Shown in pieces: positions 53,501-64,000 of a DNA stretch of 64,000 nucleotides (positions are counted from its first letter, which is position 1; every line of letters starts with the position of its first letter). Position numbers and translations under genes: made by a program. Below the pieces are notes generated by a model. It saw only the letters and a program-made list of their open reading frames with translations. It had not been told where the DNA came from and did not search any database. Where the stretch lies: the NCBI GenBank assembly GCA_038087875.1, contig CM075989.1, forward strand, positions 2,232,001 to 2,296,000. The letters run 5' to 3'. This DNA comes from Malacoraja senta. Lineage: Eukaryota.

Positions 53501-53812
53501 GACAAGGGGTCACAGCTTAAGGATAAGGGTGAAATCCTTTAAGACCGAGATGAGGAAAAACGTTTTCACACAGAGAGTGGTGAATCTCTGGAACTCTCTG
53601 CCACAGAGGGTAGTTGAGGCCAGTTCATTGGCTATATTTAAGAGGGAGTTAGATGTGGCCCTTGTGGCTAAGGGGATCAGGGGGTATGGAGAGAAGGCAG
53701 GTACGGGATACTGAGTTGGATGATCAGCCATGATCATATTGAATGGCGGTGCAGGCTCGAAGGGCCGAATGGCCTACTCCTGCACCTATTTTCTATGTAT
53801 CTATTCTATGTA
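50568..53812 (+). mobile_element. CR1-clade LINE (HER1-like): ORF1 esterase end, ORF2 APE endonuclease, RT start and 3' end; interrupted by L1
   Basis: DGLHLN SGNH-esterase motif (50623-50841); APE motifs NARSIRNK, GITETW, YRPP, GDFN, SDH; KSPGPD; C-terminal RPHLEY...QRVVNLWNSLP; (ttctatgt)n tail. Confidence 0.92.
52594..53060 (-). mobile_element. 3' fragment of the same L1 family, inserted in CR1
   Basis: Poly(T) on + strand, 3' UTR similar to 1134-1490, and terminal codons WSAFIELLQT matching WSAFIELLQV. Confidence 0.88.
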
Positions 53813-53863
53813 TCAATGTCAGGGGTTATGGGGAGAAGGCAGGAGAATGGGGTTGAGAGGGAA

Positions 53864-53936
53864 CAGGCACGGAAATCATTATCAAAATATGGAGGGGACC
53901 GGGGGACAGGGGGGACACAATATCTCGGCGGCCACG

Positions 53937-54027
<91 letters not shown>

Positions 54028-54828
54028 ACGCACGCATACGCACACGCACACGCACACGCACACGCACACGCACACGCACACGCACATGCGCACGCACACG
54101 CGCACGCACACGCGCATGCACACGCGCACACGCGCGCGTGGCTTCGGAGGCTCAATCCAGCGCTAAATGCAGCTCAACTCTGCCTGTCTCGCCGAGTTAA
54201 CCTACAGCCCTGCCTGGACTGATGGGACACCAGCGCTGCTTCTCCGCGCTGGCTGTAAACCTGGGCCATATTTCCCGCAAGTCCAGGCAGGGCTGTAGGT
54301 TAACGGGAAGGGGCTGGCAGAGTTGAGCTGGGTTTAGCGTTGCTTCTCTGCGTTGGCTTTGGGCCTGGGGACACCACTTCTGTCTGACTCCCGACGTCTC
54401 TGGCCACCCCCGGGTGTGGGGGGGGGGCACTCGGGTGAGAATGGGGATGGTCCAGTGGTGGTTCGGCAGCGATTGTAGAGCCGGGATGGATCCTGGCTGT
54501 GGATGAGGAGCAGGTATGTGTCCAGGGCTGCCGAGAGTGTTTTGGCACATCTCCCTCCTCCAATCACCGTGCTCTATCCTCAGTCCCACCCAGCCCACTT
54601 CAGCCTCTGACCGACACCTCCCTCCTCCAATGATTGCACTGAATCATCATGTCCCGCCCCCATTGCCTGCTGACCGATGTCTCTCTCGTCCAATAAGCGC
54701 CCTCGATCAGCAGTCCCACCCCCACTGTCTCACGGAAAGCGGAGATTTCACCGGGTTTTATAATCCGGATTACAAAAAATGGGGGGGATTGTGTCTCCCC
54801 TGGCCCCCCCCCAGGATATCCGCCCCTG
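53864..54828. mobile_element. hAT-type non-autonomous DNA transposon
   Basis: TIR caggcacggaaatc / gatatccgcccctg; perfect 8-bp TSD agagggaa (53856-63, 54829-36); interrupts a CR1 3' end. Confidence 0.85.
53938..54138. repeat. Compound (TA)n(CA)n(CACACG)n microsatellite within the hAT element
   Basis: Directly visible. Confidence 0.95.
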
Positions 54829-54954
54829 AGAGGGAAAGATAGATCAGCAATAATTGAATGGTGGAGTAAAATTAATGGGTTGAATGGCCTAATTCTGGTC
54901 CTATCACCTAAGAACTTACATTTTCGTCACATAGAAAGAGGCTATCCCATAAAG

Positions 54955-55080
54955 TCACCTGAAATTAGAGAAGTCAATGTTCATACCACTGGGGTGTAAA
55001 CTACACAAGCAAAATATGAGGTGCTGTTCCTCCAATTTGCGCTGGGCCTCACTCTGACAATGGAGGAAGCCCAGGACAGA
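54955..55080 (-). mobile_element. Penelope-like GIY-YIG C-terminal fragment
   Basis: Reverse complement encodes VLGFLHCQSEAQRKLEEQHLIFCLCSLHPSGMNIDF. Confidence 0.75.
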
Positions 55081-55084
55081 CAGG

Positions 55085-55865
55085 GAGAGGCTGTAAGAAT
55101 TGCATTGTTTTCTCTCGAACCTGTAGAGTGTAGAGTTTGAAGGAAAACCTGATAGAAGAGTATAAAATCATGAGAGGCACGGATAGAGTGGACATTCAGA
55201 GCCTTTTTTCCTGGATGGTAATATCAAAGACTGGAGAGCATAGCTCTGTGAAAGGGACAAAGTTTAAAGGAGATGTGCGGGATAAGTTTTTTTAGACAGA
55301 TGGCGCTGAGTGCCAGGACCATGCTGCCAGGGGTGGTGGTGGAGGCAGATGCAATATTGGTGTTTAAGAGGCTTTTAGATGCACTCCTGGATGTGCAGGA
55401 GGGCATGGATGGAAATTGATCATGTGGAGGAAATGGAGATTAGTTGACCTTGGCATCATTTTCAACACAGACAGTGTGGGCTGAAGGGCCTGTTCTGTGC
55501 TCCACTGTTCTATGTTCATATGTGATAGGAGCAGAATTGGGCCATTTGGCCCATCTAGGCTACTCCACCATTCAGTCATGGCTGATCTATCTCTCCCTCC
55601 TAACCCCATTCTCCTGCCTTCTCCCCATAACCCTTACACCCTAACTAATCAAGAATCTATCTATCTATGACTTAAAAATATCCATTGACTTGGCCTCCAT
55701 AGCCTTCCGTGAAATGAAATCCACAGATTCACCACCCTCTGACTAAAGAAATTCCTCCTCATCTCCTTCCTAAAGGAACGTCCTTTAATTCTAAGGCTGT
55801 GCCCTCTGGTCCTAGACTCTCCCGCGAGTGGAAACATCCTCTCCACATCCAAGCCTTTCACTGTT
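55085..55865. mobile_element. Tail-to-tail CR1 3' fragments (55085-55515 +, 55520-55865 -)
   Basis: CR1 3' motifs on both strands. Confidence 0.7.
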
Positions 55866-56924
55866 CGTTGTTGTTCTAATTCTAGACGAAATTCTAGAAG
55901 AACACCCCAGTTGGGATGGTGAACAAGGAATGTTGTTTTCTCATCATTTGCCTCGTCCCACATCTTTCCCAGACACGTGTACCTCTCACAGGCCCAGCGA
56001 CTTCCCCCTGGTCCCCCCCCCCCACACACACACACATTAGGCCCCATTACAGAAGCTAATTATTCAACCAACACATTTGTGAGATGTGAGAGGAAACTGG
56101 AGCGCCTGGGGAAAGCCCACATGGTCCCAAGTGGAACATGCAAACTCCACACAGATGGTGATTGATGCCAGAATTGAGCCTGATTGGCTGGATCTGTGCC
56201 AGCCAATCCGGCACAGTTCTGTTTAGTTTAGTTTAGTTCAGTTTAGAGATACACTGTGGAAACAGGCCCTTCAGCCCACCGAGTCTGCGCTGACCAGCGA
56301 TCCCCACACATTAACACAAGCCTACACACACTATGGACAATTTACACTTATACCAAGTATACAAACCCAAGCCAATTAACCTACAAATCAGCACGTATTT
56401 GGAGTGTGGGAGGAAACCTGCAGAAAACCCTTGTGGTCACGGGGAGAACGTACAACCTCCACACAGAAGCACCCGTTGACAAGGTCGAACCCGGGTCTCT
56501 GGCGCTGCAAGCGCTGTAAGGCAGCAACTCTACCGCTGCACCACTGTGCCACTGAGCCGCTTATATAATGGCGGATTTAGCCCAGTGACATCTCAACGCC
56601 AGATACAAGCAAAGCCACAGAGGGAGCTCAAAAAGGTAAAGAATGCAATTTTGCACTGGAGCCCTACACAACTGACACTCGTGTAAGTCAGGAGAAGTAA
56701 ACCTTCATCACAAAGCAGCTCTTGAAACGCCCAGGGTCATTAACGTACCCTCCACAACATTTGCCAACGCCAATATCTGAAGCAGTAGCTGTGCAAATGG
56801 TCAAGAGGTTGGCTGGGGACCCTGTCAAGAGAAAGTTTGATCGATTGAAAGACACAGCATGAAAACTGGCACTTTGGCCCACCGTGTCCATGCCATCAAT
56901 TCTACCAGGAAGCCAATAACAGGA

Positions 56925-58145
56925 TAGACAGTGAGTGGATGTTGTTTACTTGGATCTTTTGATAGAAGGCCTTTGATAAGGTGCCGTACGTGAGGCTGCT
57001 GAACAAGAAGAGAACCGGTGGTATTAGAGGGAAGATACTAGCATAGATATAAGGCAAAGAGTGGCAATAAAGAGGGTTTTTTGTGTGGCTGCCAGTGATT
57101 AGTGGTGTTCCACAGGGGTCGGTGCTGGGGCCGCTACTCTTCACGTTGCATATCGATGAATTGGATACGGGAATTGATGGCTTTGTGGCCAAGTTTGTGG
57201 ATCGTACGGAGATTGATGGAGGGGCAGGTAGTGTAGAGAAAGCAGGGACCCTGCAGAAGGACTTGGACAGGTTGGGAGAGTGGGCAAAATAAGTGGCAGA
57301 TGGAATACAGCGTAGCAAAGTGTGCAGTCATGCACTTTGGTGTTGAAGTAAAGGCATAGACTATTTATTAAATGGGGAGAGGATTCTGAAATTAGATGTA
57401 CAAAGGGACTTGGGAGTGCTGGTGCAGCATTCCTAAAAGGTTAATTTGCAGATTGAATCGGTAGTAAGGAAAGCAAATGCAATGTTGTCATTCATTCGAA
57501 AGGACTAGAGTATAAAAACAGGGATGTAATGCTAAGGCTTTATAAGGCACTGGACAGACCGCATTTAGAATATAGTGAGCGGTGTTGGGCCCCATATCTG
57601 AGGAAGGATGCGCTGGCATTGAAGAGGCCCCAGAATTGCTTTACGAGAATGATTCCAGGAATAATTAGGTTAATATATGATGAGCGTTTGACGGCACAGG
57701 GCTTGTAGTCGCTGGAGTTTAGAAGGATGAGGGGGGAACCTCATTGAAAGTTATCGAATAGTGAAAGGCCTGGGCAGAGTGAATGTGGGACGGATGTATC
57801 TTCTAGTGGGAGAGTCAAGGACCAGAGGGTGCAGCCTCAGAATAAAAGGACTACCTTTAGAAAGGTGATAGACAATAGATAATAGACAATAGGTTCGGGA
57901 TCATGGTTGATCACCCATAATCAGTACCCCGTTCCTGCCTTCACCTATATCCCTTGACTCCACTATCTTTAAGAGCTCTATCTAACTCTCTCTTAAAAGC
58001 ATCTGTTTAATTCATTGCCAGAGACGGCTGTGGAGGCCAAGTCATTGGGTATTTTTAAAGCTGTGATTGGCAGGTTCTTGATTAGGAACAATGTCAAAGG
58101 TTATGGGGGAAAAGCAGGAGAATAGGGTTGAGAGGGAAAGGTCGA
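56925..58145 (+). mobile_element. Decayed CR1 RT and 3' region
   Basis: DFxKAFDKVP, SGVPQGSVLGPLLF and KFVD motifs with many stops. Confidence 0.85.
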
Positions 58146-59098
58146 ATGGCAGAGATGCGGGTTCAATCCTATCCTGCTGCTTAGGTTCCTCTCATGTTCC
58201 AAAGACCTGCAGTTTGCAAAGTTAATTGGTTGCTGTAAGTTGCACCTTGAGTGCGGATGAGTGGTAGAATTTGTGGAAAGTCAATGAAAGTGTGGAGAGA
58301 ATAAAAATGGGATTATTGTAGGATTAGTGTACAGGGGTGGTTGGTGGTCAGTGTGGACTCAGGCCAAACGGGCGATGTATGTGCTATCTGCCTATGTCCG
58401 TGATGACCACTGTCCACGCTGGGAACACCGTGCCGCGTTTATCGCAAATATAGACACAAAGTGCTGGAGCAACTCAGCGTGTCAGGCAGCATCTCTGGAG
58501 GAAAAGAATGGGTCTTGATTCGAGTCAGGACCGTCGCCTATTATTTTTCCGTACAGAGATGCTGCCTGAACCGCCGAGTTACTCCAGTTACTTTGGTCGT
58601 AACCAGCAACTGCAGTTTTTTGTGTCTCCTTTCTGTTCATCACAGTTTCACTTCCAACTGTTTCACGGGGTTTCAACACCAGCTTTGTGGAATGTTTCAG
58701 CATTCAAGAATATTAAAGGGAGTGACATAAACAGATCAACATCACTGGATTGTAATAATAAATAAACAGGAATTGGTATTGGTGTTAGGAAGAGAATATC
58801 AGAACATTAGTCTGAGAATCAAAGGACTTTCCTTTAGGAAGGAAATGAGGAGGAATTTCTTCAGTCAGAGGGTGGTGAATCTGTGGAAATCATTGCCACA
58901 GACAGCTGTGGAGGCCAAGTCAGTGGGTATTTTTAAGGCAGAGATTCATGATTAAGACGTGTCAGGGGTTATGGGGAGAAGTCAGGAGAATGGGGTTGGG
59001 AGGGAAAGATAGATCAGTCATGATTGAAAGGTGGAATAGACTTGATGGGCCGAATGGCCTAATTCTGCTCCTATCACTTATGAACTTATGAAGAATTA

Positions 59099-59525
<427 letters not shown>

Positions 59526-59530
59526 CTTAC

Positions 59531-59599
59531 AGCTGAGAGAGACGAAGAGTCCTGAAGGGCTGCCAAGACAAGCTGGTGAGGCGATTGCCCGAGAGATTG
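59531..59599 (-). CDS. NTRK3: NTRK3/TrkC-like exon, leucine-rich repeat (NLSGNRLTSLSWQPFRTLRLSQL)
   Basis: 69-bp exon with tttgcag acceptor and gtaagt donor. Peptide resembles TrkC NLSSNRLTTLSWQLFQTLSLREL. Ends in phase 2 (ct), joining g of the next exon to give Leu. Confidence 0.9.
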
Positions 59600-59693
59600 C
59601 TGCAAATTCAAGAAGAAAGGAAAAACATTGTTACTGACTTTCAGTCGACTGTCTTTGATGGACTAATGTCAGAAACTAATATCTTTTCAGAGG

Positions 59694-59838
59694 ATAGACA
59701 CAAAATGCTGGAGTAACTTAGCGGGACAGGCATCATCTCTGGAGAGAAGGAATGGGTGACGTTTCAGGTCGAGACCCTTCTTCAGACTGACAGTTTTTGT
59801 GTCTAAGGTTTAAACCAGCACCTGCAGTTCCTTCCTAC
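59694..59838. mobile_element. Short Penelope-derived insertion with minus-strand hammerhead-like core
   Basis: 15-bp TSD atatcttttcagagg at 59679-59693 and 59839-59853. Confidence 0.8.
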
Positions 59839-60471
59839 ATATCTTTTCAGAGGCATCAGCTGAATATGCCATCAGTCATTATATTAACACTTTGACAATA
59901 CTTACACATTAACAATCAGAAGAACCTCGCTTTGTTCAACTCGTTCATTGGAGTTAGATTAGAATACTTTTGTCCTCTTTATTAGCAGAGATCCCATCCC
60001 CAGAAGATGCCCAGCTATGTCCAAAGGTGCGAGACCTTTGTTTAATTTTTTTTAATTAATTACGGGTGAACAGGTATAGGAAGCAAAGGTGAAAATATTC
60101 AAAACATGTAGCCTGGCACCAAAGGACCAGCCAGTCCGGTGAATAGAATTATCAACATTAACTTTAGACTTTAGAGATGCAGCATTGAAACAGGCCCTTC
60201 GGCCCACCAAGTCCATGCTGACCAGCGACCCCCCCGTATACTAGCACTGCACTCGAGGGACAATTTACAATTTACAGAAGCCACTCAGCCTACAAATCTG
60301 TGCGTCTTTGGAGTGTGGTAAGAAACTAAATCCACTGGAGAAACCCCACGCGGGTCACAGGGAGAACATACAAACACCATACAGACAACACCCATCGTCA
60401 GGATCGAACCCGGGTCTATGGCGCTGTAAGGTAGCAACTCTACAGTCGGACCCTAATGTCTGCCAACATGT

Positions 60472-60510
60472 CAGTCTGATGAAGGGTCTCGACCCGAAAC
60501 GTCACCCATT
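60472..60510 (+). ncRNA. Minimal hammerhead ribozyme-like motif in a PLE-derived repeat
   Basis: CTGATGA (60476-82), A, stem II GGGTC-TC-GACCC, GAAAC, GTC. Helix I is only ~2 bp. Confidence 0.55.
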
Positions 60511-61739
60511 CCTTTTCTCCAGAGATGCTGCCTGACCCGCTGAGTTACTCCAGCATTTTGTGTCTATCTTTTCTAACTTGACTTCTTTGGTGAGGTGCAG
60601 ATAGACAGACACCATCTCTGCTAGCGGAGTGGTTGAAAGAAGGGAATAGTGTGCAGAGGGAGGCTGTGCCGCCTGTGGCCAGGGTTTACAGTGGTGGGCA
60701 GCTGAATGTCCCGGCACAGGCAGTCAGCAGATGGCCAACCCACAGGAATGACTTCAGATCTGAAGCCTGACTCCTCGAGTCACAGTGTGCGAGGTGTCCG
60801 AGGGCTACTAGACCCCAACCCATCCACACAGCTCTTGTGATGTTTCTGGTCGACACCTTCCTTCAGACGGAGACTCTCAACTGCAGATGCTGGTTTACAC
60901 CGAAGTTGGACACAACAAGCTGGAGTGACAGGCAGCATCTCTGGAGTTAAGAATGGGTGACGTTTTGGGTCGAGACCCTTCTTCTAAAGGGCCTGTCCAG
61001 CTGAGATACTCCAGCTTTTTGTGTCTATCTTCAGTGTAAATCAGCATCTGCAGTTTTTTCCTAAACACAGCTTTAGTTCTCCACAAAGTGGGGACAATAA
61101 CAAATATGCAGAGCTCAGGCAACATTTGAGGAGAAGACTTTTTAAGTGGTTTTGCAATTGCTCAGCTTAAGTTGAAGAGACCCCTGCCTGATCTTTCACC
61201 TTTCTCTGTAGACAGGCGTATCCTCCAGACCAGAGCGGACGCCGGAAGGGTCTCGAACTGAAACGTCACCCATTCCTTCTCTCCATAGATGCTGCCTCAC
61301 CCGCTGAGTTACTCTAGCATTTTGTGTTAGCTCTCTGTCCTGCTCTGTTTACACAGTCTTTACTGCTCTTTCATTGCTTTGAGAGAGATCTGTAATGATG
61401 ATAAAGTGCTCAGGGACCTTCACTTCACACAAACCCTGGATCAGAAGCGATTGAAGCTGCAAAATAGGTTCAAGTGAGAGCACCTCAAGGAACAGCGGGT
61501 GTCTCATCAGAAGCCAATAGTTTGTACTTTTCTTTTATATATATGTATCCAATTGTTTCCACTGTTGCTGATAAATAACGCATACTGGTTATTGATGCCA
61601 GCACCGGGCTCCCTCACATACAAACACATCAGATTGCAGAGAACACTTATATTCAAAGTGAATTAAAAACCTCTTTGCTTCCCCGAAGCTTTCTTTCAAC
61701 ATTGGACAGTTGTCAGAACATACATTGCCAAAGCAATCC

Positions 61740-62217
61740 CGTCAGCTGATGTCAGCTGATCTACATCGGTGAGACCAAGCGTAGGCTTGGCGATCGTTTC
61801 GCCGAACACCTCCGCTCGGTCCGCATTAACCAACCTGATCTCCCGGTGGCCCAGCATTTCAACTCCCCCTCCCATTCCGAATCCAACCTTTCTGTCCTCG
61901 GCCTCCTCCATGGCCAGAGTGAGCACCACCGGAAATTGGAAGAGCAGCTCCTCATATTCCGCTTGGGCAGTCTGCACCCTAGCGGCATAAACAATGACCT
62001 CCAATTTCCGGTAGCCTTTGCTGTCTCCTCCCCTTCTCAGCTCTCCCTCAGCCCTCGGGCTCCTCCTCTTCCTTTTCTCTCCTTTCTTCTCTCCACCCCC
62101 CCCCCCATTCCACCCCACATCAGTCTGAAGAAGGGTTTCGGCCCGAAACGTTGCCTATTTCCTTTGCTCCATAGATGCTGCTGCACCCGCTGAGTTTCTC
62201 CAGCACTTTTGTCTACC
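61740..62217 (+). mobile_element. Penelope-like element 3' portion: GIY-YIG endonuclease C-terminus plus pseudo-LTR
   Basis: YIGETKRRLGDRFAEH...VAQHFNSPSH...RKLEEQLLIFRLGSLHPSGIN, followed by a pyrimidine tract and the repeat unit found throughout the window. Confidence 0.88.
62121..62158 (+). ncRNA. Minimal hammerhead ribozyme-like motif downstream of GIY-YIG ORF
   Basis: CTGAAGA-A-GGGT-TTCG-GCCC-GAAAC-GTT; stem II variant with a UUCG loop. Confidence 0.55.
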
Positions 62218-62446
62218 CGTCCATTGGCCCCCACCTTGAGATAGTGCCCCTACTGGTCACCCAGGGACTAGCTGGCCTTATTGGTTGATTGAATTGATTG
62301 ATTGAAAGATACAGAATGGAAACAGACGTACGGCCAATCGATAACCTGTTCACTGTTTGAAGAAGGGTCTTGACCCGGACCGTCACCTCCTCTCCAGAGA
62401 TTCTGCCTGATCCGCTGTTACTCCAGCATTTTGTGTCTATGTTTCG

Positions 62447-62834
62447 CAGCGCTTCCACACCTCAACATTTTTTTTTTTCCTGAAATAGAATTCCAAATTA
62501 CCTGGAATTTGATAGTATTTCCTGGCCCGGTAAGTTTCCCCAACTGCGCACGCGCGTATATCGGGCCCACTGCGTACATGCGGGGGATCGGCGTCCCTAC
62601 CGCATCACCGGCACCGTTTGAATTGTAACGTGGCTGACGGGCCTCCCCCAACTGCGCACGTCGTAAATATACAGGTACATACTTTTTCCCGCAAATCATC
62701 CCGCGGGCCTGATTGGACCCTTTGGCGTCTCCCTGCGCATGCGCAGTGGGCCCGGATTTCATTTCCCGAAAATTACCCGAAGGCAACCAGAATTTCCCGA
62801 ATTTCAGGTAATTTCCTTCAAAGTGGAAACACTG
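62447..62834. mobile_element. Putative hAT-type MITE
   Basis: cagcgcttccac / gtggaaacactg termini; degenerate 8-bp TSD atgtttcg / atctttag. Confidence 0.55.
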
Positions 62835-63369
62835 ATCTTTAGTTCTATGTTAACACTTTCTCATCCACTCTTTACACACTGCAGGCAATTTTCAGAGGCC
62901 AATTAACCTACAAACCCGCACGACTTTGTGATGTTGACCTGCGGAAGCGAGGGCGTTCCTACCCTACCCTCATCAACACAGCTGTTGTAGAGATAGTCAA
63001 CGGATTCAAGTTCTTGCGCATCCACATCTCCAGCCATCTAACCAGGTCCCTTCACACTGATGCAGTGATCAAGAAAGTGCATCAGCATTCTTACAGCATA
63101 TTTACAACATATTTAGATGGCTGAGGAGATTCGGCATGTCGATGAAGATTCTCTCGAACTTCAACGTTGTGCCAGAAAGAAAGTATACTGATGGGATGTA
63201 TCTTAGCCTGGTATGCCAACTGCTCTGCTCTTGTCCAAGAGTTTGGTGTACCTGCAGAAAGTGGTGAACACAGCCCGCTCCATCGCAGGCTCCTCACTTC
63301 ATCCCATGCCTGCCACCCCGGCCATTCCCTTTCTCTCTTCTACCTCCTGGGAGAATATACAGGCTTTAA

Positions 63370-64000
63370 TGGGCCTGCCCCACTTAGGTGACTTTTTACT
63401 CGACTGCAGGAGACTTTACCGTCGCCACATGGTCGCCACATGTTCGCGGGTAGTTGCCGGGGATTTGCCTTCATGGCCGTGAGGATTTCCCACATTCTGG
63501 GAACTGGTCGTGGCCTCATTACGGTCGCCGAGAATTTTTCAACATGTTGAAAAATTAGCGGCGACTAGAATGAAGTCGCCATGGAGATTAGCGAGAATTC
63601 TCGAGCCGTAGGTGGCTCGAGTGGGGTTACCAGGAGGTCGAAGGTTCTCGGAAGCTCTCGTAGGTTGCTGACCGGTGAACTTCATTGGCTCATTGGGGGG
63701 AAAAAAGGTAAGCAGTAGTTTTCAGAACCAAGGAACGACCAGTAATGTTAAATGTCCGCCGAACTTCACAGCCGTGTATTTCTGGCTTCTTAAAAGTTGT
63801 CTCTACTCCTTCTCCCTTCCTTCTCCCGCCTTCTCCCCCCTCTCCTGTCCTCTTTTAAAGGACTTACTGTACACTGTGCTTTAGCCGTCTTAATTACAAC
63901 GCCAACCTTCCTGTTCATCGCGGTGTGTGTCTGTATCACCTTGGCTTTGCACGTTGGGAATTTTTAAACAGCGCTCCCCCGCTGGCCCCAGCCTTTGCGA
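63370..64000. mobile_element. Left part of a PIF/Harbinger-type non-autonomous element (runs off window)
   Basis: taa|tgggcctgccccacttagg terminus; internal ttttcaacatgttgaaaa palindrome is shared with the 38277 MITE. Confidence 0.6.

Overview
Vertebrate genomic DNA, most likely a cartilaginous fish (skate/ray; inferred from HE1/V-SINE-like SINEs and HER1/CR1-like LINEs). It is intronic sequence of a minus-strand neurotrophin receptor gene, NTRK3/TrkC-like. Three coding exons are visible (59531-59599, 50212-50366, 21455-21596). The expected intervening Ig1 exon and the following Ig2 exon were not found and may lie in the two 200-N gaps. Most of the rest is transposable elements: two adjacent full-length but decayed DIRS1-type tyrosine-recombinase retrotransposons (ITR + ICR architecture; gag, RT/RNaseH, adenine-methyltransferase-like and YR domains), two copies of a young L1, many CR1 and Rex1/Babar fragments, tRNA-derived V-SINEs, Harbinger- and hAT-type MITEs, and a foldback MULE-like element. 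There is also a very abundant family of short Penelope-derived, often palindromic insertions that carry a minimal hammerhead-ribozyme core and have their own 9-17 bp TSDs. Coordinates of decayed repeats are approximate. No database searches were run; family names come from motif recognition.
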